From a virus (lineage: Duplodnaviria > Caudoviricetes), in IMG/VR virus record IMGVR_UViG_3300025382_000011, positions 1-52,273 of that record: 52,273 nucleotides of DNA, one strand, 5' to 3'. Both the position numbers and the translations under genes were made by a program. The notes under the pieces were generated by a model that saw nothing but the letters and a program-made list of their open reading frames with translations, was not told the DNA's origin and did no database searches. The number at the start of each line of letters is the position of its first letter. Position 1 is the stretch's first letter. Shown piece after piece: positions 29,565-38,980 of this stretch.

Positions 29565-29782
29565 CACTACACGACTCTTTCCATGAATTTTTGAACATCC
29601 TCTTTTCAACACCAAGCGAAAAAGCAGGGGCGTTAGTAGCGGCAAGCATGATTTCATCACCTCTGTGGTTACAATCAATTCAACCGGTGTCGGACGTGGC
29701 GGCGGTTTTCGCACCAATTCTCGGCTGCACATACCTGTCCATGCAGATCGGGTTTAAGGTTTGGGACAGGTTTATAAAGTGA
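29561..29782 (+). CDS. small membrane protein (holin/antiholin-like)
   Basis: ATGA-coupled start at 29561; hydrophobic segments. Confidence 0.5.
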   Translation: MTLHDSFHEFLNILFSTPSEKAGALVAASMISSPLWLQSIQPVSDVAAVFAPILGCTYLSMQIGFKVWDRFIK

Positions 29783-29792
29783 GGACTGAAAA

Positions 29793-30047
29793 ATGGACAA
29801 TATGTCAGGCACAGGCGGCGCTGCTTACTTCAAATCTCAGCATGAAGGCGAAGGTTGCCATCGTATGGGCGATCACCACGATATGAAGAAACTTACGAAG
29901 TCTTCAGCTATGAACAAGGCTGAGATGAAGACGGCCAAGCGTTCCGAAGCCAAAGAAATGGCGACGAAAGACAAGCAGCTTGCCTCTGACAAAAAAGAGT
30001 CAGCAATGTATGGCATGAAAACCTCTAAAAAACTGGGTGGAAAGTAA
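29793..30047 (+). CDS. small Lys/Met-rich protein
   Basis: GAGGA RBS. Confidence 0.65.
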   Translation: MDNMSGTGGAAYFKSQHEGEGCHRMGDHHDMKKLTKSSAMNKAEMKTAKRSEAKEMATKDKQLASDKKESAMYGMKTSKKLGGK

Positions 30048-30214
30048 TGGCAAAGGCTCCTTCAAAAAAGATGTCCATGAAAGAGTGGGAGAAATCCCCT
30101 ATGGACAAGAAAATGGACAAGAAACTCGCCACAAAAGGCGTGAAAGAAGGCTCGAAAAAAGACATGGCGATGGATAAAAAAGCCCTCGCCGCGTATAACA
30201 AGAAAAAGAAATAG
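30047..30214 (+). CDS. small Lys/Met-rich protein (55 aa)
   Basis: Manual translation MAKAPSKKMSMKEWEKSPMDKKMDKKLATKGVKEGSKKDMAMDKKALAAYNKKKK; TAATG coupling. Confidence 0.7.
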   Translation: MAKAPSKKMSMKEWEKSPMDKKMDKKLATKGVKEGSKKDMAMDKKALAAYNKKKK

Positions 30215-30251
30215 TTAGCCCCATTTTGGATTGAATATAGAATGGACCTAA
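30215..30251 (-). repeat. dispersed bipartite element, copy 5 (inverted, spans the terL start)
   Basis: - strand ttaggtcca-ttctat-attcaatcc-aaaa-tggggctaa. Confidence 0.6.
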
Positions 30252-31609
30252 CCACACAAAATGCCTCGCAGGCGAAGATTGTTGAATGGCCAGAGAAACT
30301 GCAATGTCTCTTCTGGCCAAAGGTCAATGATTTGCCTGTGAGGTATCGGGTTTTGTATGGTGGGAGAGGAGGGTCGAAGTCTTGGGGTATGGCGAGGGCG
30401 CTGGTAGTGCTGGCCGCAAAGCGGGAACTTAGAATATTGTGTGCCCGTGAATTGCAGAACTCCATTCGGGACTCTGTGCATAAAATTCTGAGCGATCAGA
30501 TCGAGTCTCTTGGGCTTTTGCCATATTACCAAATTGAACAAGCGAGAATTTTCTGCCCATCGACAGGGAGCGAGTTTTCTTTCGAAGGAATTCGCAACAA
30601 TGTCACGAAGATTAAGTCATATGAAGGTGTGGACATATGCTGGGTTGAGGAGGCGAATAAGGTCACGAAGAACTCGTGGGAAGTCCTCATACCGACGATA
30701 CGTAAGGAGGGCTCTGAAATCTGGGTTTCGTTTAACCCTGAGCTTGAGTCCGATGATACTTACCAGCGTTTTGTTCTATCTCCTCCTAAAAATGCGATAG
30801 TGCAGAAGATTTCTTGGCGAGATAATCCTTGGTTTCCCCAAGTGCTAAAGCAAGAGATGCTCGATCTTAAAGCCAAAGACCGTGATGCTTATCTGCATGT
30901 TTGGGAAGGGGAATGCCGGAAATCATTGGAAGGGGCAGTTTATGCCGAAGAACTCCGAGATTGTGCAGAAGAAGGTCGGATCACGCATGTTCCACATCAT
31001 TCTTCTTCTACTGTCAATTTGTATTGGGACTTGGGCCGGAGTGACCATACAGCTATCATTTTTGAACAATATGTAGGAATGCAGAGACGGGTCGTGGATT
31101 ATTATCAGAACCGTCTGAAAGGCCTTGACCATTACATTCATGTCCTACGGACGCGCAGAAGCGGGAACGGCGAGCTTTATGAATACGGCACTTGTTGGTT
31201 GCCCCACGATGCGAGAGCTAAAACGCTCGGATCAAAAAAGTCCATCGAAGAACAAATGCGAGATGCGGGTTTTAGGGTCAGGATTGTCCCGCGCCTTTCT
31301 AAGTTCGACGGCATTGTCGCTGCAAGGAGCATATTCCCCACTTGCTGGTTTGATGCCGCAAGATGTGAGAAAGAACTTCTTCATGCTCTTCGCCATTATC
31401 ACTATGAAGAAAACCCAGTGACAGAAGTTTTGTCGTCAGAACCTGTGCATGATTGGTCATCACATGCCGCTGATGCTTTTCGATATATGGCTATTGCCTC
31501 GCAGGGTGGAGAAGTGTCAAAACATAAACACGTAGCGAGCGCGCTTAAAAAGCACGGACTTATGGGTAGGGTGCAGGAATTTGGCGAAAGCCTTGGCTGG
31601 TTGGGGTAA
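30242..31609 (+). CDS. terL: terminase large subunit (PBSX/Terminase_3 type)
   Basis: YGGRGGSKS, CARELQNSIRDSV, IKSYEG.D..WVEEA, SFNP, WDLG, HDWSSHAADAFRY. Confidence 0.95.
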   Translation: MDLTTQNASQAKIVEWPEKLQCLFWPKVNDLPVRYRVLYGGRGGSKSWGMARALVVLAAKRELRILCARELQNSIRDSVHKILSDQIESLGLLPYYQIEQARIFCPSTGSEFSFEGIRNNVTKIKSYEGVDICWVEEANKVTKNSWEVLIPTIRKEGSEIWVSFNPELESDDTYQRFVLSPPKNAIVQKISWRDNPWFPQVLKQEMLDLKAKDRDAYLHVWEGECRKSLEGAVYAEELRDCAEEGRITHVPHHSSSTVNLYWDLGRSDHTAIIFEQYVGMQRRVVDYYQNRLKGLDHYIHVLRTRRSGNGELYEYGTCWLPHDARAKTLGSKKSIEEQMRDAGFRVRIVPRLSKFDGIVAARSIFPTCWFDAARCEKELLHALRHYHYEENPVTEVLSSEPVHDWSSHAADAFRYMAIASQGGEVSKHKHVASALKKHGLMGRVQEFGESLGWLG

Positions 31610-31612
31610 GAA

Positions 31613-33844
31613 ATGTCAGAACCTACAAATGAAAACCTCGAAAAGTTCCAGAAAATCTTTCGCAGAGCGCAGGACCGCTTTCGCCGCTGTGAGGATTGGG
31701 AAAGTTATGCAAGGCGTTTGTTTTTGGATGATTTGAAGTTTGCGAATGCTGATGCAGACAACAAATACCAATGGCCGACACGCATGTGGAACGATAGGCA
31801 GAGGGATGAAAGGCCAGCCCTGACCATCAATAAGACTCGGCAGCATAATCTCAACATCATAAACGATGCTAAGATGAATAAGCCGGGGATTAAGTATAGA
31901 GCGGCGGGAAATGGCGCGACGGCTGAAGCGGCAAGAATTTGGGACGGTATTGCACGGCATATTGAATATCAAAGCAATGCTGCGGCGCATTACGATGTAG
32001 CCACGACTTTCCAAGTCACGTCAGGCATTGGGTATCTGCGAGTCATCACAGACTATGTGTCAGAGGACTCCTTTGACCAAGACATTTACATCACGTCGAT
32101 CCCAGATCCTATGACGGTCTACATTGATCCAGATGCCAGGGCCCCGGCCAAAGAGGACATGCGCTTCGCATTCATCTTTGAAGACATGCCGAAAGATGTT
32201 TTTGAGAAGAAATATCCTCAATACGTCAAATATATGGGAACCGAAGGTCTTGTTGGTGATCGTGGCTGGCGAGATGACGACCATGTGCGGGTGGCGGAAT
32301 ATTTTGAGGCGGAAGATGTCAATGATGAATTGCTGATGTTTGACGGGCCGGATGGTCAGCCTGTTACAATTATGGCTTCAGATTTAAGAAAGTTCGATAA
32401 GAATAGTAAATATTTCGACGATCCGTTGACAAGAAAGCGTTCGGTTCAACGTCGAGTCATCCATTACCATTTCATCATCGGGACGCATATTGTTGAGAGT
32501 GAAGAAAAGGACTGGATCGGCAATACCATTCCGATCATTCCAGTGATCGGTGAGGAAGTCATTATTGAAGGAAGAATGGATCGTAAAGGCCATACACGGG
32601 CCATGAAAGATCCACAGAGGATGTATAACTACTGGGCCTCATCTGCAGTTGAGTATGGTGCCTTGCAAAGCAAGACCCCATGGATTGTGGGTGTTGAAAC
32701 GGTAGAAGGCTTTGAAGAATACTGGGCAACGGCGAACCGCCAAAACCATGCCTATCTGCCGTATAAATCTGTGGGTGATGATGGCAAACCTTTGCCCCCT
32801 CCTGCCCGTGTTGAGCCTCCTGTTCCTTCGCCTGTTGCCTTGAAGGGAATGGAAGTCGCTGCGATGGAAATGCAGATGGTTTCCGGGCAATACGAAAACC
32901 AGATGGGGCAACAAGGGAATGAACGCACTGGAAAGGCGATTGCTGAACGCCAGCGTCAAGGTGATCGTGCTACTTACCATTTCATTGATAACCTTGCGAT
33001 TGCGATTAGGCAGGTGGGCAAGATCGTTCTGGACCTTGTGCCGAAATTGTATGACACGAATAGAATTGTGATGATCTTGGCAGAGAATGGGGAAAGTTTA
33101 GAGGTCAAACTCGATCCACAACTCCAACAGGCGCACATGCTTGAACTCAATGAGAACAATGAAGTGATTGCTAGATTGTTGAACCCTGCGATTGGCAAGT
33201 ATGAAGTTCAAGCTGACGTTGGCCCCGGGTATGCCACAAGACGTGAGGAGGCGTTTAATGCCCTCACGCTTATCCTCACGCAAGCCCCTGCTCTCACCAA
33301 TATCATTGGTGACATCATGTTCCGTGCTGGCGACTTCCCGATGGCAGAGGAAGCAGCCGAGAGGCTGAAGCGTATGGTTCCGCCACAAGCCTTGGGTCAG
33401 GGACCAACACAAAACGAGCAAATGTTGGCTCAACAAGTGCAGCAATTGCAAACCGCACTCAAAGCCACGATGGACGAGTTGGCGAAGGAAAAAGGCAAGA
33501 CCCAAGCGCGGCTCGAAAAACGCGAAGTCGATGTCTACGACGCGATCACAAAACGTATCGACGTGGTTGGCAAACAAGGGCTTTCTGCGTTACAATTGGC
33601 CAAATTGCAAGACGATGTTGTTCGGGAAAGCGAAGACGTTCCGATCAGCGATACATACGAAGGTCACAAGGAGCAAGGGTCAACTCCGGGGGCGGAATAC
33701 GCCGAGGAGCGTCAGGAGCAAATGTCCTTACCCCTTGAAGACCATGAAATGCCGGAAGGGGCTTTTAGGGGCCCAGATGGCCACGTTTACGGACCGCACC
33801 CGGAAATGCCGGGGACGATGGCAAGAATTACACGGAGAGTCTAA
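31613..33844 (+). CDS. portal protein (P22-like)
   Basis: RPALTINK, IPIIPVIG, KDPQRMYNYW, TGKAI..RQ.QG, VGPGYATRREEA; follows terL. Confidence 0.93.
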   Translation: MSEPTNENLEKFQKIFRRAQDRFRRCEDWESYARRLFLDDLKFANADADNKYQWPTRMWNDRQRDERPALTINKTRQHNLNIINDAKMNKPGIKYRAAGNGATAEAARIWDGIARHIEYQSNAAAHYDVATTFQVTSGIGYLRVITDYVSEDSFDQDIYITSIPDPMTVYIDPDARAPAKEDMRFAFIFEDMPKDVFEKKYPQYVKYMGTEGLVGDRGWRDDDHVRVAEYFEAEDVNDELLMFDGPDGQPVTIMASDLRKFDKNSKYFDDPLTRKRSVQRRVIHYHFIIGTHIVESEEKDWIGNTIPIIPVIGEEVIIEGRMDRKGHTRAMKDPQRMYNYWASSAVEYGALQSKTPWIVGVETVEGFEEYWATANRQNHAYLPYKSVGDDGKPLPPPARVEPPVPSPVALKGMEVAAMEMQMVSGQYENQMGQQGNERTGKAIAERQRQGDRATYHFIDNLAIAIRQVGKIVLDLVPKLYDTNRIVMILAENGESLEVKLDPQLQQAHMLELNENNEVIARLLNPAIGKYEVQADVGPGYATRREEAFNALTLILTQAPALTNIIGDIMFRAGDFPMAEEAAERLKRMVPPQALGQGPTQNEQMLAQQVQQLQTALKATMDELAKEKGKTQARLEKREVDVYDAITKRIDVVGKQGLSALQLAKLQDDVVRESEDVPISDTYEGHKEQGSTPGAEYAEERQEQMSLPLEDHEMPEGAFRGPDGHVYGPHPEMPGTMARITRRV

Positions 33845-33988
33845 ATGGCATTCAAGCGCACAAAAAAGATGCTGCAGCGTTTTAAGCAACGTGTTCCAGC
33901 ATCTGTGCGCTTGGAAAAGCTCAAAGAAATCAAGAAAGAACATTTGATTGTGCTTGTTCTTTCGTGCATTGTTACAATTGTGGTTTAA
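33845..33988 (+). CDS. small basic tail-anchored membrane protein (47 aa)
   Basis: Manual translation MAFKRTKKMLQRFKQRVPASVRLEKLKEIKKEHLIVLVLSCIVTIVV; GGAG RBS. Confidence 0.5.
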   Translation: MAFKRTKKMLQRFKQRVPASVRLEKLKEIKKEHLIVLVLSCIVTIVV

Positions 33989-33999
33989 GGGGATTTGAG

Positions 34000-35598
34000 A
34001 TGGCGAAGCGCACTTCACAAGAGGAAGCCTTTTTAGCTGGGCAGGAAAATCCTTATCTTGGCGACATCGGTCCGTTACAGCGGATCTATGGCACGTTGGG
34101 CGCTATTGGCGAGGAATTGAGCGGCGCAGACATGGGCACTCCTGTCGGCACAAAGTTCAAGGCAAAACAAGCACAAACAAAGGCTGAAATCAAACGTCTT
34201 CAAGAACTCCGCGCAAAACATCCAGAAGAATTTGGTCGTGGGCAAGTTACAGCGCAAGAACAAGAAGATCCTTACATGCTGGGTCTTGGTCTTGGCGCAG
34301 CTGGAGGTATGGCTCCTTATGGACGAACTGCAATGTCTCCTCTTTCGCGGCCCCGTGGTGCGATGGAAATGGCCGGGGGTGGTGAGACGCCGGAAGGGAT
34401 TTTTAGAAGTCCAGAATTAAGTTTTACGCCGAAGGCTTCAAGAGGGCGTGGTCCGGGCGCTGAAGGGCCAACGATTAATGCTGGTTTTGACGTGCCAAGA
34501 GGCATGAACAGATTTGAGGCAAACCAGTATTATTTCACTCATGGTATTCCGGGTGAAGACATTTACCGTAGGTCGAATTATGGCGGGGAGTTAGGCTTTA
34601 CACCAAGAGGTCGAGCCCCTTCGCCTCCGGGTGGGCCGATTGAAATGGGCGCTCCTTATTGGCCGAATGCTGTGCCGAGGGACATGAATAGATTTCAGTC
34701 CAACACGTATGGCATGACATATGGTAGGCCCGGAAATGAAATGTATCGGTATTCCAACATGGACTTTGTGCCAGAAGGAATTCCGGGTGAGCCGCCTCGT
34801 TTCGGCACGTTAGCCCCAAGGGGTTCGACGATGCCTGTTATGACACAGACAGAAACTGCCGGAATTCCACCCGGAGGTCTTCCAGCTCGCCAAGGGGGCC
34901 AAGTTCCTTCCTACCGCTATGTTGGCTCAGAGGCAGATCGTTTTCCTCGCGGCGAATACCAAGCACCAAATGGAGCGTATGGTGAGTTTAGAGATGTGAC
35001 CGGGAATGTGCTGAGGGGTCCTGCGGGGCGTGGAAGCCTTGAATACACGCCTGTGTATGAAGGTGCGCCGCCAGTTGAAGGGGAATTCCGTCCGGGCTAT
35101 GGCGGGGCTGATCGTTCAATGCTCAGTCGGGCCGCTGGGGCCGCAATTCCCGGAGCTGGTATGGGCACATTAGGAATGATGCCTATACTTTCTGAGGATT
35201 GGCGACAAAGAGAACCAAATCGCTACACCCTTCCAGATATGAATGTCGGAAATGTTGACATGCGTGGATTTGGGCGTGGTATTCCGCAAGGTATGGGACA
35301 AGGCTCGTTTGCAAGTCAATATCCTCTCGCACCGATGGCTCCGGGAGCGGAAAGAACTGGACAATTTACAGAACCAAAACGCACAGAAAGTTCTAGCAAG
35401 GTGCGTCCAAAACAAACTGCGCAACGAAAAGGTGGACAAAAAGCCGCTACTCCACAGCAAACTGCCTCAACCCAAGGCGATCAATGGGAAGGCAACTTAA
35501 ACTATTACGTCACAAGAGCAATTGACGCGCTTTTGGGACAGAATGAAGCCGAGCGTGGCCGCAGGACGCAGCAATATTACGAGAAATACGGGCGATAA
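34000..35598 (+). CDS. Gly/Pro/Arg/Met-rich low-complexity protein with an internal ~60-aa duplication
   Basis: Start MAKRTSQ; VPRGMNRFEAN..SN vs VPRDMNRFQSN..SN. Confidence 0.75.
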   Translation: MAKRTSQEEAFLAGQENPYLGDIGPLQRIYGTLGAIGEELSGADMGTPVGTKFKAKQAQTKAEIKRLQELRAKHPEEFGRGQVTAQEQEDPYMLGLGLGAAGGMAPYGRTAMSPLSRPRGAMEMAGGGETPEGIFRSPELSFTPKASRGRGPGAEGPTINAGFDVPRGMNRFEANQYYFTHGIPGEDIYRRSNYGGELGFTPRGRAPSPPGGPIEMGAPYWPNAVPRDMNRFQSNTYGMTYGRPGNEMYRYSNMDFVPEGIPGEPPRFGTLAPRGSTMPVMTQTETAGIPPGGLPARQGGQVPSYRYVGSEADRFPRGEYQAPNGAYGEFRDVTGNVLRGPAGRGSLEYTPVYEGAPPVEGEFRPGYGGADRSMLSRAAGAAIPGAGMGTLGMMPILSEDWRQREPNRYTLPDMNVGNVDMRGFGRGIPQGMGQGSFASQYPLAPMAPGAERTGQFTEPKRTESSSKVRPKQTAQRKGGQKAATPQQTASTQGDQWEGNLNYYVTRAIDALLGQNEAERGRRTQQYYEKYGR

Positions 35599-35599
35599 G

Positions 35600-36094
35600 A
35601 TGGATCAGTTTAGCCTTGAGTTTATGCCGTCAATTGGAGATCCAGAGGCGAATGCTCTGTATCAAACGCAGACGCCGGAAGAAAGCATGTTGAATGCTTT
35701 ATATCCGGTAAATTTGCGTCAGTTGGTGGCATCAACTCTTGGTCAAAACTACGACATCACAAACCAAAGATTTACACCCGAAGACTTGGCGTATATGCGC
35801 CACGGTTATGAAATGCAGAAAAAGGAATACCAAGAGCATCCGTTGTCTGGGCAATCGTTTGAAGATTATCGACAACAAAATGCTTTGCGCCCGCCAAACC
35901 AAGAATGGCCAGCTTGGTATGACATGCCTAAATTTATCTGGAATTCTTACACAGATCCGCAAACACGCCTTGGGCCGTTTATGCAGGGCGCTTATTATGA
36001 CTATATGCCGGAGGGGGTTCGGCTAAGAAATGAGTATGTTTATAGCGGAAATGATGATGTATCTCGAGACGTGAATGTGTTATTGCCGTATTAA
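35600..36094 (+). CDS. hypothetical protein
   Basis: Start MDQFSLEF just after the upstream stop. Confidence 0.7.
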   Translation: MDQFSLEFMPSIGDPEANALYQTQTPEESMLNALYPVNLRQLVASTLGQNYDITNQRFTPEDLAYMRHGYEMQKKEYQEHPLSGQSFEDYRQQNALRPPNQEWPAWYDMPKFIWNSYTDPQTRLGPFMQGAYYDYMPEGVRLRNEYVYSGNDDVSRDVNVLLPY

Positions 36095-36103
36095 GGAGCC
36101 AAG

Positions 36104-36433
36104 ATGAGAGAGCCACTTGTAAAACTCCCCGGTAAAGGGGCACATGCGCATAAAATGGTTGCGGAAACTGCCAAGAAAATGGCAGAGGAGGTTTACGAAA
36201 GCTGGGCCTCACGAAGCAACGAATTTTACGAAGAGCATCGGGATCTTAAAGCCTACGTGTCGTCTTGCTGGCCACTTTATCTTGATGCCGCAAGAGCCAC
36301 ACTTGCACAATTATTAACTACAAATATGGATGATGTGTTAAAAGATGAGATACATGATGCTTTAATCAAGGATGCGACGTTACGTCGAGGGCGTGAGGGC
36401 GTCTTACAAATGAAGAAAGGTAAAGGAGCCTAA
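36104..36433 (+). CDS. hypothetical protein
   Basis: AAGGAG RBS. Confidence 0.75.
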   Translation: MREPLVKLPGKGAHAHKMVAETAKKMAEEVYESWASRSNEFYEEHRDLKAYVSSCWPLYLDAARATLAQLLTTNMDDVLKDEIHDALIKDATLRRGREGVLQMKKGKGA

Positions 36434-36434
36434 C

Positions 36435-37190
36435 ATGAAAACATTTTACAACACCATAAACCGTCAGGCCGAAGGCGAGGCGGGGGCGGCACCTATCGAG
36501 GCCCCGGTAGCTGCTCCAGTTGAAGCGCCCGTTGAGGCCCCAGTTGCCGAGGCCCCGCAAGAGGCTCCTGTCACACTTGAAACTGAAAACAAGCCGCCGC
36601 AGGGACTTTTAGACCGCATTGGGCAGTTGACCCGCCAAAAGCGTGAGCTTGAAGAACGTCTTGCGTCGATGGAGACTCCGCAATATGCGCCGCAGCAATA
36701 TGACACACCTTCCGGGGCGATTGACCCGAAAGCAGTCCAGATGGAAATTTACCGTCAGGCTCAAGAACTGGCGAAGCAAAATGAATGGAAGTCTACAACT
36801 GATAAAATCTGGAATGAGGGGCTTGCGAAGTATGGCGATTGGGCTCCACAGCTTAACAATATGGCTCAAATCCTTGGTGGCATTCCGACTTCGCTTACAG
36901 AAGCCGCGATTGAAACCGGAAACCCACACGAAGTCCTCTACCATCTGGCTAAAAATCCTGACGAAGCTGCCCGAATTGCACTCCTGCCAACCGCCAGACA
37001 GGCTGTGGCAGTTGCTAAGCTCGCATCAGCAGTCACGGCACCCAAAAGAGTAACATCGGCTCCACCCCCGATTTCTCCGAAGGTTCAAGGGATTGGAAGT
37101 GCCCCGGCAACACTTGACGACCCGAACATTTCAATGGAAGAATGGGTAAGACTTCGCAATGAGCAAGCTATAGCTCGTCGCAAAAGGTAG
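36435..37190 (+). CDS. scaffolding protein
   Basis: Acidic/Pro N-terminus, RIGQLTRQKRE coiled coil, YHLAKNPDEAARI, SAPPPI.P, SMEEW..R; precedes the coat gene. Confidence 0.85.
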   Translation: MKTFYNTINRQAEGEAGAAPIEAPVAAPVEAPVEAPVAEAPQEAPVTLETENKPPQGLLDRIGQLTRQKRELEERLASMETPQYAPQQYDTPSGAIDPKAVQMEIYRQAQELAKQNEWKSTTDKIWNEGLAKYGDWAPQLNNMAQILGGIPTSLTEAAIETGNPHEVLYHLAKNPDEAARIALLPTARQAVAVAKLASAVTAPKRVTSAPPPISPKVQGIGSAPATLDDPNISMEEWVRLRNEQAIARRKR

Positions 37191-37192
37191 GC

Positions 37193-37344
37193 GAGGACAC
37201 CTTAAACGTCCTCCCCTTGCTGATCGCAGGGTAAGCGATCTGGGTTGCCTGTCAAGAGACGGTCGCAGGCTCCGTCAGATGAACAAAGGACTCCCTTTGT
37301 ATTTTGACAATACAACTGCGCCGTGAGCGCGTAACCCAGAGGAC
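37193..37344 (+). ncRNA. putative structured cis-regulatory RNA leader of the coat gene
   Basis: Seven stems can be drawn: gaggac/gtcctc, gatcgc/gcgatc, tgggttgc/gtaaccca, tgtcaaga/ttttgaca, gacgg/ccgtc, acaaagg/cctttgt, gcgc/gcgc. Confidence 0.55.
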
Positions 37345-37350
37345 TTAGAG

Positions 37351-38565
37351 ATGTCAAATACAATTTTAACAATTAACATGATTACCCATGAGGCCGTGCG
37401 CCTCTGGGTAAACACCAACTCCTTCCTGCAGCACATCGATACGCAGTATGATGACCAGTTTGCTGTGACCGGCGCGAAAATCGGTCAGAGCCTCCGCATC
37501 CGTCTGCCTAACGATTACACGGTTCGTTCGGGCCCTGTAGCGCAGATCCAAGATACGGCGGAAACCAGCACCACGCTGACCCTCGCCACCCAAAAAGGCG
37601 TTGACGTATCGTTTAACAGCGTTGAACGCACGATGAGCTTGGACGACTATTCTAAGCGAATTCTTGCGCCAGCTGTAAACAACCTCGTCGGCGCTGTCGC
37701 TGCAGACGTGATGTCAGGTGTTGAAGGCGGCGTGTCCAACCTCGTCGGCAACTTCGACTCCGCTGGTAACTTGCTGAAGCCTACGCTGGAAACATTCTTG
37801 AATGCGAAAGCACTGTTGAGCTTGCGCTCGGCTCCAACTGACTCCCGCAAGTTCATTCTTGATCCTGTCACCATGGCCCGCACGGTCCAGAACCTTTCTG
37901 GCCTGTTGAACCCTGCGACAGAGATCTCTGAGCAGTATCGCAAGGGTGAAGTTTATAACGCGATTGGCTTCGACTGGTTCGAAGACCAGACGGTTATCAA
38001 GCACACGACCGGCGCATACACTGGCACGTTGACGGTTTCTGGCGGCGGTCAGACCGGCACGACGATCACGACAAACGCTCTTGGTGGCCCGCTTGCACAA
38101 GGCGACATCATCACGTTTGCTGGCGTAAACGCAGTCAACCGCATCACCAAAGTGTCAACGGGTCAGTTACAGCAGTTCGTTGTAACGGCAGCCGCCGCTG
38201 CGGGCGCAACATCAATCTCTATTTATCCTGCAATCGTTCCACCATCTGGTGGTTCAACGGTTCAGTATCAGACGGTTGATGCTTCTCCTGCAAACGGCGC
38301 AGCGATCATCCCACTGACGCTTGCTTCCAGCGTTTACCGTAAGAACCTTGCGTTTGTTCCAGATGCAGTCACGATGGCAACTGCCGATCTTGAGCTGCCA
38401 AAGAACATGCAGGAAACTGCAAGAGAGCGTATGGACGGCGTTTCGATGCGTATGGTGACAGGTTTTGACATTAAGTCGGATCAGTTCATCACCCGTCTGG
38501 ACGTTCTTTACGGTTACGTTTGGGTTCGTCCTGAGTGGGCCGTTGTTGTCGCAGACATCATCTAA
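37351..38565 (+). CDS. major capsid protein (P22 coat family)
   Basis: KIGQSLRIRLP, SLDDYSKRILAPA, GFDWFEDQ, RLDVLYG..VRPEWA. Confidence 0.95.
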   Translation: MSNTILTINMITHEAVRLWVNTNSFLQHIDTQYDDQFAVTGAKIGQSLRIRLPNDYTVRSGPVAQIQDTAETSTTLTLATQKGVDVSFNSVERTMSLDDYSKRILAPAVNNLVGAVAADVMSGVEGGVSNLVGNFDSAGNLLKPTLETFLNAKALLSLRSAPTDSRKFILDPVTMARTVQNLSGLLNPATEISEQYRKGEVYNAIGFDWFEDQTVIKHTTGAYTGTLTVSGGGQTGTTITTNALGGPLAQGDIITFAGVNAVNRITKVSTGQLQQFVVTAAAAAGATSISIYPAIVPPSGGSTVQYQTVDASPANGAAIIPLTLASSVYRKNLAFVPDAVTMATADLELPKNMQETARERMDGVSMRMVTGFDIKSDQFITRLDVLYGYVWVRPEWAVVVADII

Positions 38566-38573
38566 TCACCAAA

Positions 38574-38601
38574 AGGAGAGGGCACTTTGCCCTCTCCCTT
38601 C
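38574..38601 (+). terminator. terminator after the coat gene
   Basis: ggagagggca-ctt-tgccctctcc hairpin. Confidence 0.7.
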
Positions 38602-38620
38602 ACTCGTAAGGAGCAAGTAA

Positions 38621-38980
38621 ATGGCTAAAGTTCGCCCATATCTCGGTGTTTATGAAACTATGGAATTTCCAGAATATAAATTTCAAGAATATCCGAAAGT
38701 TGTCGGGTATAAGGATGAGAAAAAGGAGTTCCCGATTATTGTTGGGGACGCGAAAGAAGAAATTGATTTCATCACAAAAGGTGAGCCAGGGTCATTCAAG
38801 ACTCGTGAAGACGAATTGCAAGCTGAACTTGACCGGAAAGCTGTAGAGCTAGAACTGGCCAAGACGCAGTTAGCTGAACTAAAGGCACAGAAGGAACTTG
38901 CTGAAACTGCAAAGCCGAAACCTTCATCAAATACTTCTGTGTCTTCTAACAAACCTGCCCTTAACGTCAAGGACATCTAA
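38621..38980 (+). CDS. hypothetical virion-module protein
   Basis: AAGGAG RBS; YKFQEYPK..V...EE plus a coiled coil. Confidence 0.7.
   Translation: MAKVRPYLGVYETMEFPEYKFQEYPKVVGYKDEKKEFPIIVGDAKEEIDFITKGEPGSFKTREDELQAELDRKAVELELAKTQLAELKAQKELAETAKPKPSSNTSVSSNKPALNVKDI

Noticed and set aside
33718-33735. QMSLPL in the portal tail resembles a beta-clamp binding motif
   Set aside because: A short match in a disordered tail of a structural protein; likely chance.
37191-37350. Hammerhead ribozyme or known riboswitch
   Set aside because: No CUGANGA/GAAA core and no riboswitch consensus that I recognise.
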